The translations under genes were made by a program, and so were the position numbers. The notes under the pieces are model-generated. The model had not been told where the DNA came from, searched no databases, and saw only the letters and a program-made list of their open reading frames with translations. A DNA stretch of 64,000 nucleotides from Alphaproteobacteria bacterium (lineage in GTDB: Bacteria > Pseudomonadota > Alphaproteobacteria > Rickettsiales > UBA3002), in contig JAFLDD010000001.1 of NCBI GenBank assembly GCA_017302575.1, positions 862,629 to 926,628 on the forward strand, in the 5' to 3' direction. This document shows positions 9,823 through 19,724 of the stretch, in pieces (within the stretch, counting starts at the first letter, position 1; each line of letters starts with the position of its first letter).

Positions 9823-10881
9823 ATGCGTTCAAATCTTTTGGCCACCCTACTCGCTACGACCGCTATTGCTGTCGTTGCCTCAAGCGCAGAGGCTGCGCCA
9901 CTTAAGTTTGGCAACCACACGTTCGGCGGCAAGTTCGCTGTGACTGCTGGCCAGAACTCCAACGCGGCGGCATCTCCTGCGAAAGCCGGTAAGTCATTCG
10001 ATGACGATGAAGATGAAGACGATGATCTCGCAGAACTCCTCGAGGACAATGAGCTGGATCCAGATGACCTCGATGACGACACCGTGGACGAGGATGAAGA
10101 CGAAGATGATGATTTGGCTGCGGTGGGCACGCCTGCTCAGGTTTACCGCGATTCACGTGTTCAATACTCGTTCGGCGTAAACCACGCCTATAAATTCAGC
10201 GATACATTCTCATGGAAGACTGCCGTGCTGGCAGGCGTTAACCGCCAGATGGACCGCCATGAACTCAACCGCATTAACTGGGCGGTGAATACGGGTGCGG
10301 AATTCAAGATTAAGCAGTGGGATTTGACCCTCAGCCCAACCATTACCTACGCACAGCTTGAGAAGGCTCACAAAGATCAGAGCGAAAGCACCATTCCAGG
10401 CATTGCTGCAAAATGGAAAGCTACCAAGGATTGGGATTTCAGTGCACGCATCAACAAAGAATTCCGTAACAACGTGGTGCCACGCACGACCAACACTAAT
10501 GTGACGGGCTTAAAAGTTGGAACGGCCTACAAGCTGACCGCAAAAGACAAGATTTCTTTCAACTACTCACCGAAAGAAGACCGCAACGAGAACAACCTCA
10601 AGAGCAAGGACGCATGGAGCGCGGATATCGGCTATGCGCGCAAGCTGCCTTGGGATTTGACCCTCGGTCTGGCCTATAAATATGGTGAGTCTACCTTCAT
10701 CAACGGCGCTGATCCACGCCGTGACGACGAGCAGCATGATTACGGTATCGGCTTGAACAAGCAGTTCGATAACGGCATGTTTGCAGCAGTTGGCGCTGGC
10801 TATAAAGGCAAGAAGTCCAACATCGCTAACAAAGGTAACCATGATAAGAGCGTGTTTGTTCAGACGGGCTATAAGTTCTAG
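9823..10881 (+). CDS. Outer-membrane beta-barrel protein with acidic low-complexity insert
   Basis: Signal peptide ending AEA-AP; alternating beta-strand pattern; C-terminal YKF; about 50-aa D/E-rich segment after the signal peptide. Confidence 0.7.
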   Translation: MRSNLLATLLATTAIAVVASSAEAAPLKFGNHTFGGKFAVTAGQNSNAAASPAKAGKSFDDDEDEDDDLAELLEDNELDPDDLDDDTVDEDEDEDDDLAAVGTPAQVYRDSRVQYSFGVNHAYKFSDTFSWKTAVLAGVNRQMDRHELNRINWAVNTGAEFKIKQWDLTLSPTITYAQLEKAHKDQSESTIPGIAAKWKATKDWDFSARINKEFRNNVVPRTTNTNVTGLKVGTAYKLTAKDKISFNYSPKEDRNENNLKSKDAWSADIGYARKLPWDLTLGLAYKYGESTFINGADPRRDDEQHDYGIGLNKQFDNGMFAAVGAGYKGKKSNIANKGNHDKSVFVQTGYKF

Positions 10882-10908
10882 TCTGGATAAAGCTTCATGA
10901 AATGAAAA

Positions 10909-10938
10909 CCCGACCTCAGCAATGCGGTCGGGTTTTTT
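10909..10938 (+). terminator. Rho-independent terminator after OMP gene
   Basis: CCCGACC-N10-GGTCGGG followed by TTTTTT. Confidence 0.8.
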
Positions 10939-10990
10939 GTTATGAATTTTTGTGAACCTGCGGATTCACTCCAACACCAAGCACATAATT

Positions 10991-11026
10991 TTAAGGCACG
11001 GCATACTTTCGTATGCCGTGCCTTAA
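10991..11026. terminator. Perfect 16-bp stem-loop next to tRNA-Lys 3' end
   Basis: TTAAGGCACGGCATAC-tttc-GTATGCCGTGCCTTAA; 2 nt from tRNA 3' end; flanked by A/T on both sides, so possibly bidirectional. Confidence 0.5.
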
Positions 11027-11028
11027 AA

Positions 11029-11104
11029 TGGTGAGTTCGGTGGGGATCGAACCCACGACAACACGATTAAAAGTCGTGTGCTCTACCAACTGAGCTACGA
11101 ACTC
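11029..11104 (-). tRNA. tRNA-Lys (anticodon UUU), CCA encoded
   Basis: Manual cloverleaf: acceptor GAGTTCG/CGAACTC, anticodon arm CACGA-CTTTTAA-TCGTG, T-arm GTGGG-TTCGATC-CCCAC, 3' ACCA. Confidence 0.93.
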
Positions 11105-11135
11105 ACACCTTAACTACGTTGGATTTAGAGGGTGC

Positions 11136-11163
11136 AACTTAAGCAGAAACACCCATTTGTCAA
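11136..11163 (-). promoter_or_regulatory. Putative sigma-70 promoter of tRNA-Lys (TTGACA-N16-TAAGTT)
   Basis: Perfect -35 preceded by GCGC, as in the tRNA-Gly promoter. Confidence 0.4.
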
Positions 11164-11176
11164 GCGCTTGATTGCA

Positions 11177-12304
11177 TTATGTGTGTAGGGGCAAATCGCC
11201 CTTTGCCCAACCGTGATGCAAACGCTCGCAGTGCGAGGAAAACTGCCCTTTTGCGATGGCATCGCGCAGCCCCTGCATCAATTCCTGATAGTAGTGCAGA
11301 TTATGCAAGGTCAGCAGCATTGGTCCTAGCATTTCATCGGCCTTGAATAGATGGTGCAGGTAGGCGCGGCTATAATCACGGCAAATAGGTGAGCTAGACG
11401 TTGGGTCAAGCGGGCGCGGATCATCCGCATGGCGGGCATTGCGGAGGTTAATCTCACCCATGCTCGTATAGGCACGTGCATTACGTGCTGAGCGCGTCGG
11501 GATGACGCAATCAAACATATCGACGCCACGACGGACCGCTTCGACAATATCATCTGGCTTGCCAACGCCCATCAGATAGCGCGGTGCATGCTCTGGAAGA
11601 TGTGGCATCGTGAAATCCAACACGCGAAGCATTTCAGCCTGCCCTTCACCCACCGCCAGACCGCCAATGGCGTAGCCATCAAATCCAATGCCTGTGAGCG
11701 CACGCGAGGAAATCTCGCGCAAATCATCATAGACGCTACCTTGCACGATACCGAATAGCGCATAGCCATCACGCGCCTTGAACGCATCTTTGGAACGCTG
11801 TGCCCAACGCATCGATAGCTCCATCGAACGTTTGGCTTCTTCATGTGTTGCGGGAAATGGCGTGCATTCGTCAAATACCATGGTGATGGTGCTGCCAAGC
11901 AGGTGCTGAATTTCAATGGAACGCTCGGGCGTGAGTTCCCATTTACTGCCATCAATATGCGATTGAAACGTAACGCCCTGCTCGCTCATTTTACGAAGTG
12001 CGGCAAGCGACATAACCTGAAATCCGCCTGAATCGGTAAGGATCGGACCCTGCCAGTTCATGAACTGATGCAGTCCGCCCAAGCGCGCAATACGCTCTGC
12101 CGTGGGGCGCAACATGAGGTGGTAGGTATTGCCTAAAATGATATCTGCACCCGTTGCCTTCACGTCTTCGGGGTGCATGGCTTTTACCGTGGCCGCCGTG
12201 CCAACGGGCATAAAGGCGGGCGTACGTATCGTGCCATGTGCTGTCGTGATTTCACCCGTGCGCGCTGCGCCATCGGTGGTGTGTATGTTTAGAGCAAATG
12301 TCAT
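11177..12304 (-). CDS. tgt: Queuine tRNA-ribosyltransferase
   Basis: [21 protein letters not shown] motifs; ATG 12304 (MTFALN...) chosen; the upstream ORF extension has no Tgt-like sequence. Confidence 0.93.
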   Translation of the reverse strand: MTFALNIHTTDGAARTGEITTAHGTIRTPAFMPVGTAATVKAMHPEDVKATGADIILGNTYHLMLRPTAERIARLGGLHQFMNWQGPILTDSGGFQVMSLAALRKMSEQGVTFQSHIDGSKWELTPERSIEIQHLLGSTITMVFDECTPFPATHEEAKRSMELSMRWAQRSKDAFKARDGYALFGIVQGSVYDDLREISSRALTGIGFDGYAIGGLAVGEGQAEMLRVLDFTMPHLPEHAPRYLMGVGKPDDIVEAVRRGVDMFDCVIPTRSARNARAYTSMGEINLRNARHADDPRPLDPTSSSPICRDYSRAYLHHLFKADEMLGPMLLTLHNLHYYQELMQGLRDAIAKGQFSSHCERLHHGWAKGDLPLHT

Positions 12305-12343
12305 CAAACCGTCATACTGAAAATAACGACAATTGACTACAAT
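12298..12343 (+). promoter_or_regulatory. Direct-repeat operator plus -10 module (ATGTCAT-CAAA-CCGTCAT-N19-GAC-TACAAT)
   Basis: Read directly; first repeat overlaps the tgt start codon on the other strand; GGAGG SD and ATG 12369 follow. Confidence 0.45.
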
Positions 12344-12368
12344 GGAAATAAGCGGAGGAGCAAGCAGG

Positions 12369-13040
12369 ATGTCGACAAAACCAGTCCCAAAGATAATTGC
12401 AGGCAGTGAGAATGCACCAGAATTGCTCACGCGTGAGACGCTCGATAATATGCGCGACACCATCCAGCAATCCATGCTCGATACAACTAACTATTTTTTC
12501 ATGTATCTTGAGAATCCAAACAATAAGCAAATTCCCGATTGTCTGCGCGTGAAGTTCAAATCTTTTGAGGGGCTCAATTTCTTGCGCGAAGAAGAGCCAG
12601 ATAGCCAATCACCATTTGAGATAATCGCGCAGGGGTTTCGCGAAATTCCCGAGGCAGATCGTAAAGAGATGTTGGCCCATCTCGGACAGATGCTTGAGAA
12701 GACCGTATTGATCTATCGCATCAAAGGACCGATGGAATTTGCTACACTTATTCCGATGGGCTATGCTGAGGAAAAGATGGACCCAGACACGCCGCTCAGC
12801 AGAGAGGAGGTGTTCTTTAAGGACGCGTGCTCGTTATTCCATTTCGTGCTGGCTTATAAAGGCTGCCTAATGCTGAATGAGAACGAATATCGAATGGGTT
12901 GCTACCCTAAAAACATCGATGACAAGCCTATAAATATGGCTGCATTCCTTTTTGAAAAGCGCGAGGGATTGGAAAGTTTCGTTGGTAAAGTTTCGCCCCT
13001 TTCCGAACTAGATCAGGGCGGCAAACGCAACATGTGCTAG
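12369..13040 (+). CDS. Orphan hypothetical protein (223 aa)
   Basis: ORF with GGAGG 10 nt upstream of ATG 12369; no family recognised; wedged between tgt and queA. Confidence 0.55.
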   Translation: MSTKPVPKIIAGSENAPELLTRETLDNMRDTIQQSMLDTTNYFFMYLENPNNKQIPDCLRVKFKSFEGLNFLREEEPDSQSPFEIIAQGFREIPEADRKEMLAHLGQMLEKTVLIYRIKGPMEFATLIPMGYAEEKMDPDTPLSREEVFFKDACSLFHFVLAYKGCLMLNENEYRMGCYPKNIDDKPINMAAFLFEKREGLESFVGKVSPLSELDQGGKRNMC

Positions 13041-14059
13041 TAGCTACGTTCTAGCAAGCATGCATCTCCATATGAATAGAAACGATACTGATTAGCGATA
13101 GCATGCGCATAGGCTTGCTGCATCTTTTCCAATCCCGCAAAGGCGCTGACTAGCATGAACAAGGTTGATTTGGGTAGGTGGAAGTTGGTCATTAGCCTAT
13201 CGACAATTCTGAAGCGATAGCCTGGAGTTATGAAGATATTCGTGTCACCACTATAGGGCTTCAATATGCCATCTTCCGCCGCCACAGTCTCTAGAATGCG
13301 TAAGGACGTCGTGCCCACTGCAATAACTCTACCACCTGCTGCGCGGGCGGCATTAATGGCATCGGCGGTCTCTTGGGTTATCTCTGCCCATTCGTGGTGC
13401 ATGACATGCTCGGCCGTATCTTCGACCTTCACGGGCTGGAAGGTTCCTGCCCCTACATGCAACGTTACAAACGCTGTTTGAACGCCTTTACTTTTTATTT
13501 TTTCGAGCAAGTTTTGAGTGAAATGTAACCCTGCTGTTGGTGCAGCGACGGAGCCTTCATGGCGCGCATAGACGGTTTGGTAATTGGTTTTATCCTCCGC
13601 CGTATCATCGCGCGAGATGTAGGGCGGAAGCGGCATATGGCCATAACGTTCCAGTAGAAGATGAAGTTCGCTGCCGCTCTTTTCGAAGCGTAAAAGCACC
13701 TGCCCATCTTCGGTACGACCCGTTACTTCGGCATGAAAATTTTCACCAAATGTTAGGGTCATTCCCTCTTTTAATTTACGGGCAGGTTTGGCGAAGGCCG
13801 ACCAACCATCTGCCAACTTACGGTGCAGTAAAACTTCAACCTGCTTCTCACCCACGTTCGTGAATAGGCGTGCTGGAATCACTTTGCTGTTATTGAACAC
13901 TACGATATCGCCCGCATCCAGAAACTCTGGCACATCGGCGATGTGCTTATCACTCAGCGTGTCTGATACATGTAGCAGTTTGGCGGATTCGCGCGGTTCT
14001 GCGGGCGTATAAGCAATACGCTCTGGCGGTAGGTTGAAGTCAAACAGCGCGACGCGCAT
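13037..14059 (-). CDS. queA: S-adenosylmethionine:tRNA ribosyltransferase-isomerase
   Basis: FDFNLP N-terminus, PLPPYI, AAPTAGLHFT motifs. Confidence 0.93.
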   Translation of the reverse strand: MRVALFDFNLPPERIAYTPAEPRESAKLLHVSDTLSDKHIADVPEFLDAGDIVVFNNSKVIPARLFTNVGEKQVEVLLHRKLADGWSAFAKPARKLKEGMTLTFGENFHAEVTGRTEDGQVLLRFEKSGSELHLLLERYGHMPLPPYISRDDTAEDKTNYQTVYARHEGSVAAPTAGLHFTQNLLEKIKSKGVQTAFVTLHVGAGTFQPVKVEDTAEHVMHHEWAEITQETADAINAARAAGGRVIAVGTTSLRILETVAAEDGILKPYSGDTNIFITPGYRFRIVDRLMTNFHLPKSTLFMLVSAFAGLEKMQQAYAHAIANQYRFYSYGDACLLERSY

Positions 14060-14559
14060 CAGGCTGCGCTTGCAACGTCGGCAGCGACTTTGAAACTGAT
14101 GATCTTGTCAGGATTCGTAGGCGGCTCACCGCGCGTGATTTTATCTACGAACTCCATACCAGACTTTACTTTACCCCAGACGGTATATTGACCGTCGAGG
14201 AAATTAGCCGACTGGAAGCAGATAAAGAATTGCGAGTCGGCGCTATCGATATTCATCGCGCGCGCCATCGACAGCGTACCACGCTCATGTGGCTCGCGGC
14301 TGAATTCGGCCTTCAACTTTTGCCCAGAACCGCTCATACCCGTGCCCGTAGGGTCACCCGTTTGCGCCATGAACCCATCAATTACACGGTGGAAGATGAT
14401 GCCATCATAGAAACCATCTCGCACCAGCTCTTTGATACGCTTCACATGCTTTGGTGCCAAATCAGGGCGCATTTGGATGGTCACCGTGCCGTCTTTCAGT
14501 TCGAGCAACAGCGTATTTTCGGGTGAATCCAAATCGATTTTTTTATCTTTCTTTGCCAT
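14059..14559 (-). CDS. ppiB: Peptidyl-prolyl cis-trans isomerase, cyclophilin type (cytoplasmic)
   Basis: FHRVIDGFMAQTGDP and SQFFI cyclophilin signatures; no signal peptide. Confidence 0.9.
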   Translation of the reverse strand: MAKKDKKIDLDSPENTLLLELKDGTVTIQMRPDLAPKHVKRIKELVRDGFYDGIIFHRVIDGFMAQTGDPTGTGMSGSGQKLKAEFSREPHERGTLSMARAMNIDSADSQFFICFQSANFLDGQYTVWGKVKSGMEFVDKITRGEPPTNPDKIISFKVAADVASAA

Positions 14560-14567
14560 GTCGAACC

Positions 14568-15116
14568 TTACTGAGCAGCAGGTTTTGCAACATCAGCAGC
14601 GACTTTCAGGCTGATGATCTTGTCTGGATTCGCAGGCGGCTCGCCACGTGTGATGTTATTCACGAACTCCATGCCCTCAATCACCTGACCATAGACGGTG
14701 TACTGCCCATCAAGGAAAGGAGCGGGTTTGAAGCAGATGAAGAATTGCGAGTTTGCACTGTCTGGATCACTTGCACGTGCTGCCGAAAGCGTACCAGTGA
14801 TGTGTTTCTTGCTGTTAAACTCCGCTTTCAAATCTGGCAGGTCGCTACCACCCGTGCCTGTGCCTGTCGGGTCGCCTGTCTGCGCCATGAAGCCTTCGAT
14901 TACGCGGTGGAACACCACGCCATCATAGAAGCCCTTGCGCGCTAGTTCCTTGATGCGCGCCACATGGTTTGGCGCAACTTCAGGCATGAGTTGAATCACC
15001 ACGGTGCCGTCTTTCAATTGTAGCAACAATGTGTTCTCAGGGTCTTTGTAGGTCTGCGCCGTAGCAGCCGTTGCCGTGAGCATAAATACACCTGCAATCA
15101 TCGATAAAATACGCAT
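14568..15116 (-). CDS. ppiA: Peptidyl-prolyl cis-trans isomerase, cyclophilin type (periplasmic)
   Basis: Signal peptide MRILSMIAGVFMLTATAATA; paralog of the downstream gene. Confidence 0.9.
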   Translation of the reverse strand: MRILSMIAGVFMLTATAATAQTYKDPENTLLLQLKDGTVVIQLMPEVAPNHVARIKELARKGFYDGVVFHRVIEGFMAQTGDPTGTGTGGSDLPDLKAEFNSKKHITGTLSAARASDPDSANSQFFICFKPAPFLDGQYTVYGQVIEGMEFVNNITRGEPPANPDKIISLKVAADVAKPAAQ

Positions 15117-15164
15117 AGGATCTCCTTGGGTTTTTGGTGTGATAGCGCAGTTGTGGCGCGATGT

Positions 15165-15665
15165 CTAGCCGCGTGGCAGCAGGAAATGCTGTTGCAGCGC
15201 CTCGGACACGTTGGCGGAAACGAATTTGCTGACATCCCCACCCAAGCGAGCGATTTGCTTCACAAAGCGCGACGAGATGAAGTGCGTCGCGTCGGAAGCA
15301 GTGAGGAACACGGTTTCAATTTCCGGTGCGATTTTGTTGTTCACGCTGGCCATCTGGAATTCGTATTCAAAGTCCGAGACCGCACGAAGACCGCGAATGA
15401 GCAATGTCGCTTTTTCTTCGCTGGCAAATTTAACGAGCAATCCAGAGAAGTGCTTCACCGTTACGCGATCAGCATCTGCACCCAGCATCTTTAAATCTTC
15501 ACGCACAAGACTAGCACGTTTTTTCATATCAAAAATGGGCTCTTTTGCGGAATCCTGCGCGACACCAATAATCAGTTTATCGACCACACGCAACGCACGA
15601 CGAATAATGTCCATATGTCCATGGGTGATGGGGTCAAATGTGCCTGGATAGATACCAATACGCAT
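15165..15665 (-). CDS. coaD: Phosphopantetheine adenylyltransferase
   Basis: YPGTFDPITHGH motif immediately after ATG 15665. Confidence 0.92.
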   Translation of the reverse strand: MRIGIYPGTFDPITHGHMDIIRRALRVVDKLIIGVAQDSAKEPIFDMKKRASLVREDLKMLGADADRVTVKHFSGLLVKFASEEKATLLIRGLRAVSDFEYEFQMASVNNKIAPEIETVFLTASDATHFISSRFVKQIARLGGDVSKFVSANVSEALQQHFLLPRG

Positions 15666-15727
15666 AAAGCTTACTCCGATGATTTGGGGCAGCATGCCCT
15701 TTTTTTGTGAATTGGGCAACTCTCCGT

Positions 15728-16255
15728 TTAAGCGCTTCTACGCGTTGTTACCTGCGATTCATATCGTGTGATAATATCGTCTAGCTGTTTAGCAAGTGCG
15801 TTGGCTTTTTCTTGAAACGTAGCAAGTAGTCTATTGGACGCTTGCAGTTTGTCGCACTCCTCGCCTTCTGCAGCAGGAAAGAACTCTAAATCCATCTTCA
15901 GTAACCTGAACTCTTCGTTACGGCCCTGCATGCGCGCTTGCACCCGCTTCAAGTCGTTTAGCACGGTTTCTGTGTCACGATTTTCTATCCCTTCCAACAG
16001 CATGAGTCCTGAAAAGAGGCGGTTGCCCACGTAATCATAAAACCAATCCACTGCACTATGAGAGGTCGTGCTAGGATGTTCTTGTGGCTTCGCATGCAGC
16101 AAACGCATTTTAGTGCGAATATCTTGAAACAATACGGTTAGCTGCTGATATTCATTCTCGTTAAGACTATTCAGCCCGCTTCGAAATTCTACAATTTCTC
16201 TGCGCAGATTGCTGGCATGAATATGATTATCTGGCGTTGCGTTATCGTAATGCAT
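15728..16255 (-). CDS. Orphan hypothetical protein (175 aa, predicted helical)
   Basis: Clean ORF; no SD; TGC-TAATAG sits 6 nt from the ATG; no family recognised. Confidence 0.55.
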   Translation of the reverse strand: MHYDNATPDNHIHASNLRREIVEFRSGLNSLNENEYQQLTVLFQDIRTKMRLLHAKPQEHPSTTSHSAVDWFYDYVGNRLFSGLMLLEGIENRDTETVLNDLKRVQARMQGRNEEFRLLKMDLEFFPAAEGEECDKLQASNRLLATFQEKANALAKQLDDIITRYESQVTTRRSA

Positions 16256-16261
16256 GCGACG

Positions 16262-16307
16262 CTATTAGCAGAATCCTAGTAGGGTAATTATGACAATTCG
16301 AAGAAAT
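16262..16307 (-). promoter_or_regulatory. Direct-repeat operator plus extended -10 module (ATTTCTT-CGAA-TTGTCAT-N19-TGC-TAATAG)
   Basis: Read directly; 22/23 nt identical to 16874-16896. Confidence 0.5.
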
Positions 16308-16349
16308 TAGAGGTCAAACTTCTCTTGAATAGGCCTAAACTTACGAGAC

Positions 16350-16841
16350 CTATTTTTTTGCGCCATCCATGCCGCTATTATGAAACGCCTTGGCTCTTTC
16401 ATTGAATAGTGGCATCGCAGTATCTAACTGCTGTTTGAGTGCCTCCAAATCTACACGCACCCCGCCGATGAGATACCCTAGCTGATTGTCATTTCTTTGA
16501 TCAATACTGTCCAAGATCTCAATAGCTGTATCGAGACGTTTTGCATAAGAAGAGGATAGTTGTTTTAGCTCGCGGTGGAAAATATCCTGCCCTAGTTCTG
16601 CTTTGGCGACGTAATTATTGATCACATTGCTCAAACGCCCTGGGAAAAAATCAGCACACTCACTATCCCAATGCTTTAGAAATTTAGCCAGTTCTGCACG
16701 AATAGCCGTATCTGTCGTTCTATAATCCAGTATCTCGTTTGCACTCGTAGAGAGCTTGCGCCACGCGTCCTTAACGGGCACGAATGGCCGAGTTTCCTCG
16801 ATTTCTAATACTACAACTTCACTGATAGGTTTAACATTCAT
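16350..16841 (-). CDS. Orphan hypothetical protein (163 aa, predicted helical)
   Basis: ATG 16841 (MNVKPI...) sits 6 nt from TGC-TATGTT; ORF-track start 16868 lies inside the promoter spacer. Confidence 0.55.
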   Translation of the reverse strand: MNVKPISEVVVLEIEETRPFVPVKDAWRKLSTSANEILDYRTTDTAIRAELAKFLKHWDSECADFFPGRLSNVINNYVAKAELGQDIFHRELKQLSSSYAKRLDTAIEILDSIDQRNDNQLGYLIGGVRVDLEALKQQLDTAMPLFNERAKAFHNSGMDGAKK

Positions 16842-16847
16842 GCGATT

Positions 16848-16893
16848 AACATAGCAGGTTAACAGCATGAATTTTATGACAATTCGATGAAAT
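16848..16893 (-). promoter_or_regulatory. Direct-repeat operator plus extended -10 module (ATTTCAT-CGAA-TTGTCAT-N19-TGC-TATGTT)
   Basis: Read directly; abuts the gyrA stop codon. Confidence 0.5.
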
Positions 16894-19628
16894 TAGGCCG
16901 CGTCTGTTGCCTCGGGCGCGTCAGGCGCTTCGCCCTCACCGCCTTCGATGCTGTCATCCACCACTGCGTCTTCTTCCTTGATGCGGGTAGCGGAAATGAC
17001 TTTCTCGCCATCCGTACGGAAGACAATCACACCTTGTGACGTACGGCCGCAGATGCGGATGTCTTTCACATTGGTGCGGATTAAGGTGCCTTTATCGGTC
17101 ATCAGCATGATCTGGTCGCCGTCTTGTACGGGGAAGCTCATCACGATGTTGCCGTTTTTCTTGGTGATGCCCATGGCGGTAACGCCTGAACCACCCCGAT
17201 CCGTCACGCGGTATTCGAAGGCGCTGGTGCGCTTGCCAAACCCGAGTTCGGTGATAGTGAGAATCATTTCTTCGGCCTTCGCCATTTCCTCGATTTGTGC
17301 CTCAGTAATGGTGATTGCGCTCAAATCAATTGAATCGCCTGCGTCTTCTTCGAGGCCTGAGGCACGACGACGCGCCGAAGCCACTTTCAGATATTGCTCG
17401 CGCTCTTCGGCGCTGGCACGAATACCATGCAGAATGGTCATTGATACCACACGGTCTTTATCGGCCAGTTTCATACCGCGCACGCCGTCGGACGTACGAG
17501 ATTTGAATACGCGCACTGCGGTGACTGGGAATCGCACGGCCTTGCCCTCTTTCGAGCAGAGCAATACGTGGTCTTCTTCACTACATGAACGCACGGCGAC
17601 CAATGCATCATCGGCGTCGAGCTTAATGGCAATTTTACCGTTGCTCATCACCGATTTGAAATCGCTCAAGTCGTTACGGCGCACGTTACCCGCAGCTGTC
17701 GAGAAGAAGATGTGGAGGTTATCCCACGTTGATTCGTCTTCCGGCAGTGGCATGAAGTTGGTGATGGTCTCGCCTTCCGCTAGTGGGAAAATATTCACGA
17801 GTGCCTTACCGCGTGCTTGAGGAGTGCTGAGTGGCAGGCGATAGACTTTGAGTTTGTAGACTTTACCCGTTGATGAGAAGAACAGCACCGGCGCGTGGGT
17901 TGATGCCACGAACAGCTCGGTGGTTGCGTCTTCTTCGCGCAGGTCGATACCCGAACGGCCTTTGCCACCGCGCTTTTGCGCACGGTAAGCCGCAAGCGGT
18001 ACGCGCTTGATATAACCACCCGCCGTGACCATCACGACCATTTCTTCGCGCTGGATGAGTGATTCAACATCGGCTTCGAATTCGGAATCTTCCATGATGC
18101 TACGGCGCGGCACGGCGAATTCTTCTTTTACTTTCACCAGCTCATCGCGCATCAGGCCGTAGAGTTTTTCGCGGCTGCCGAGGATGCTCAAGAACTCGGC
18201 GATTTCTACTGCCAGTTCTTTCAACTCACCGTCGATTTTCTCTTGTTCCAAGCCCGTCAGGCGTTGCAAGCGCAACTCAAGAATCGCCTTGGCTTGTGCT
18301 TCGGTGAACTTGATACGGTCGCCTACAAGTTCATTGCCTTTATCTTCAACAAGATCGAGCAGCGCTTTCACATTCGCGGCTTTCCAATCGCGCTTCATCA
18401 GCTCTTCTTTTGCCACGACAGGGTCTTTTGATGCACGAATCACCGCAATCACCTCGTCGATATTCGCAACGGCAATAGCCAGACCTATCAATACGTGTGC
18501 GCGGTCACGCGACTTCGTGAGCAAGAATTGTGTACGGCGCGAAATCACTTCTTCACGGAATTCGATGAATGCCTTCAATACCGTATGAATGTTGAGCAGT
18601 TGTGGGCGGCCATTATTGAGCGCCAGCATGTTCACACCGAAGCTGGTTTGCAACGGCGTATACATATAGAGTTGGTTCAGAACTACGTCGGCCACGGCGT
18701 CTTTTTTCACTTCGACCACTACGCGCACGCCCGATTTGTCGGACTCGTCACGCAGGTCTGAGATGCCTTCGATTTTCTTTTCTTTCACCAATTCGGCCAT
18801 GCGCTCAATCATGCGCGCTTTGTTCACTTGGTATGGAATCTCGGTGATGATGATGGATTCACGGTTGGTTTTCTTATTCACTTCGACTTCGGCTTTACCG
18901 CGCATCACGACCGAACCACGACCCGTGGTCATGGCGCTATACGAACCCGTACGGCCAAGGATGATACCGCCGGTTGGGAAATCAGGGCCTGGGCAAATCG
19001 CCGCGAGTTCTTCAATCGTGACATTCGGATTGTCGATCATTGCGCAGGTCGCGTCGATCACCTCGCCGAGGTTATGTGGCGGAATGTTCGTCGCCATACC
19101 CACCGCGATACCCGAACCACCATTCACCAACAGGTTGGGGAAGCGCGCAGGAAGCACGGATGGTTCTTGTTCAGAACCGTCGTAGTTTTCATGGAAATTG
19201 ACGGTGTCTTTGTCGATGTCTTCAAGCAATGCATGCGCTGCTTTGCTGAGGCGTGATTCGGTATAACGCATCGCGGCGGCGTTATCACCGTCCATCGAAC
19301 CGAAGTTACCCTGACCATCGACCAGCATCAAACCCATGCTAAAGGGCTGCGCCATGCGCACCATCGAGTCGTAAATCGCGCTGTCGCCGTGCGGGTGGTA
19401 TTTACCCATCACGTCACCGACGATACGTGCCGATTTTTTGTAAGGCTTGTTATATTCAACGCCCAGCTCGAGCATGCCGAAAAGAATGCGGCGGTGAACG
19501 GGTTTCAAACCGTCGCGCACGTCGGGAATGGCGCGGGATACGATCACGCTCATCGCGTAATCGAGGTAGCTTTTGCGCATTTCGTCTTCAATGGAAATCG
19601 GCAGGATTTCTGCGGTGGTCTCAACCAT
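16893..19628 (-). CDS. gyrA: DNA gyrase subunit A
   Basis: 911 aa; AAMRYTE active-site Tyr region, [12 protein letters not shown] region, C-terminal beta-pinwheel repeats and acidic tail. Confidence 0.97.
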   Translation of the reverse strand: MVETTAEILPISIEDEMRKSYLDYAMSVIVSRAIPDVRDGLKPVHRRILFGMLELGVEYNKPYKKSARIVGDVMGKYHPHGDSAIYDSMVRMAQPFSMGLMLVDGQGNFGSMDGDNAAAMRYTESRLSKAAHALLEDIDKDTVNFHENYDGSEQEPSVLPARFPNLLVNGGSGIAVGMATNIPPHNLGEVIDATCAMIDNPNVTIEELAAICPGPDFPTGGIILGRTGSYSAMTTGRGSVVMRGKAEVEVNKKTNRESIIITEIPYQVNKARMIERMAELVKEKKIEGISDLRDESDKSGVRVVVEVKKDAVADVVLNQLYMYTPLQTSFGVNMLALNNGRPQLLNIHTVLKAFIEFREEVISRRTQFLLTKSRDRAHVLIGLAIAVANIDEVIAVIRASKDPVVAKEELMKRDWKAANVKALLDLVEDKGNELVGDRIKFTEAQAKAILELRLQRLTGLEQEKIDGELKELAVEIAEFLSILGSREKLYGLMRDELVKVKEEFAVPRRSIMEDSEFEADVESLIQREEMVVMVTAGGYIKRVPLAAYRAQKRGGKGRSGIDLREEDATTELFVASTHAPVLFFSSTGKVYKLKVYRLPLSTPQARGKALVNIFPLAEGETITNFMPLPEDESTWDNLHIFFSTAAGNVRRNDLSDFKSVMSNGKIAIKLDADDALVAVRSCSEEDHVLLCSKEGKAVRFPVTAVRVFKSRTSDGVRGMKLADKDRVVSMTILHGIRASAEEREQYLKVASARRRASGLEEDAGDSIDLSAITITEAQIEEMAKAEEMILTITELGFGKRTSAFEYRVTDRGGSGVTAMGITKKNGNIVMSFPVQDGDQIMLMTDKGTLIRTNVKDIRICGRTSQGVIVFRTDGEKVISATRIKEEDAVVDDSIEGGEGEAPDAPEATDAA

Positions 19629-19711
19629 GGTGCTTGCTCTTTTTTACGTTAATTTTATTGGAGCACCAGTTGTAGCGGTTCTATCGGGCTATACAACCCT
19701 AAAAGCCGCAC

Positions 19712-19720
19712 TTATCCACA
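19712..19720 (+). promoter_or_regulatory. Perfect DnaA-box 9-mer TTATCCACA upstream of gyrA
   Basis: Exact match to the consensus; same 12-mer ACTTATCCACAG recurs at 63341-63352. Confidence 0.35.
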
Positions 19721-19724
19721 GTTT

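Noticed and set aside
9636-10130. 164-aa Ser-rich ORF on the minus strand
   Set aside because: It is the reverse-complement reading of the GAT/GAA-rich acidic tract of the OMP gene. It has no start context and lies fully inside a better-supported gene.
16948-17820. 290-aa ORF antisense to gyrA, and similar long antisense ORFs in pyrC, hppA, cpaF and cpaC
   Set aside because: These are long shadow ORFs typical of GC-biased coding regions. Their products are low-complexity Ser/Arg/Pro-rich, and the sense genes are certain.
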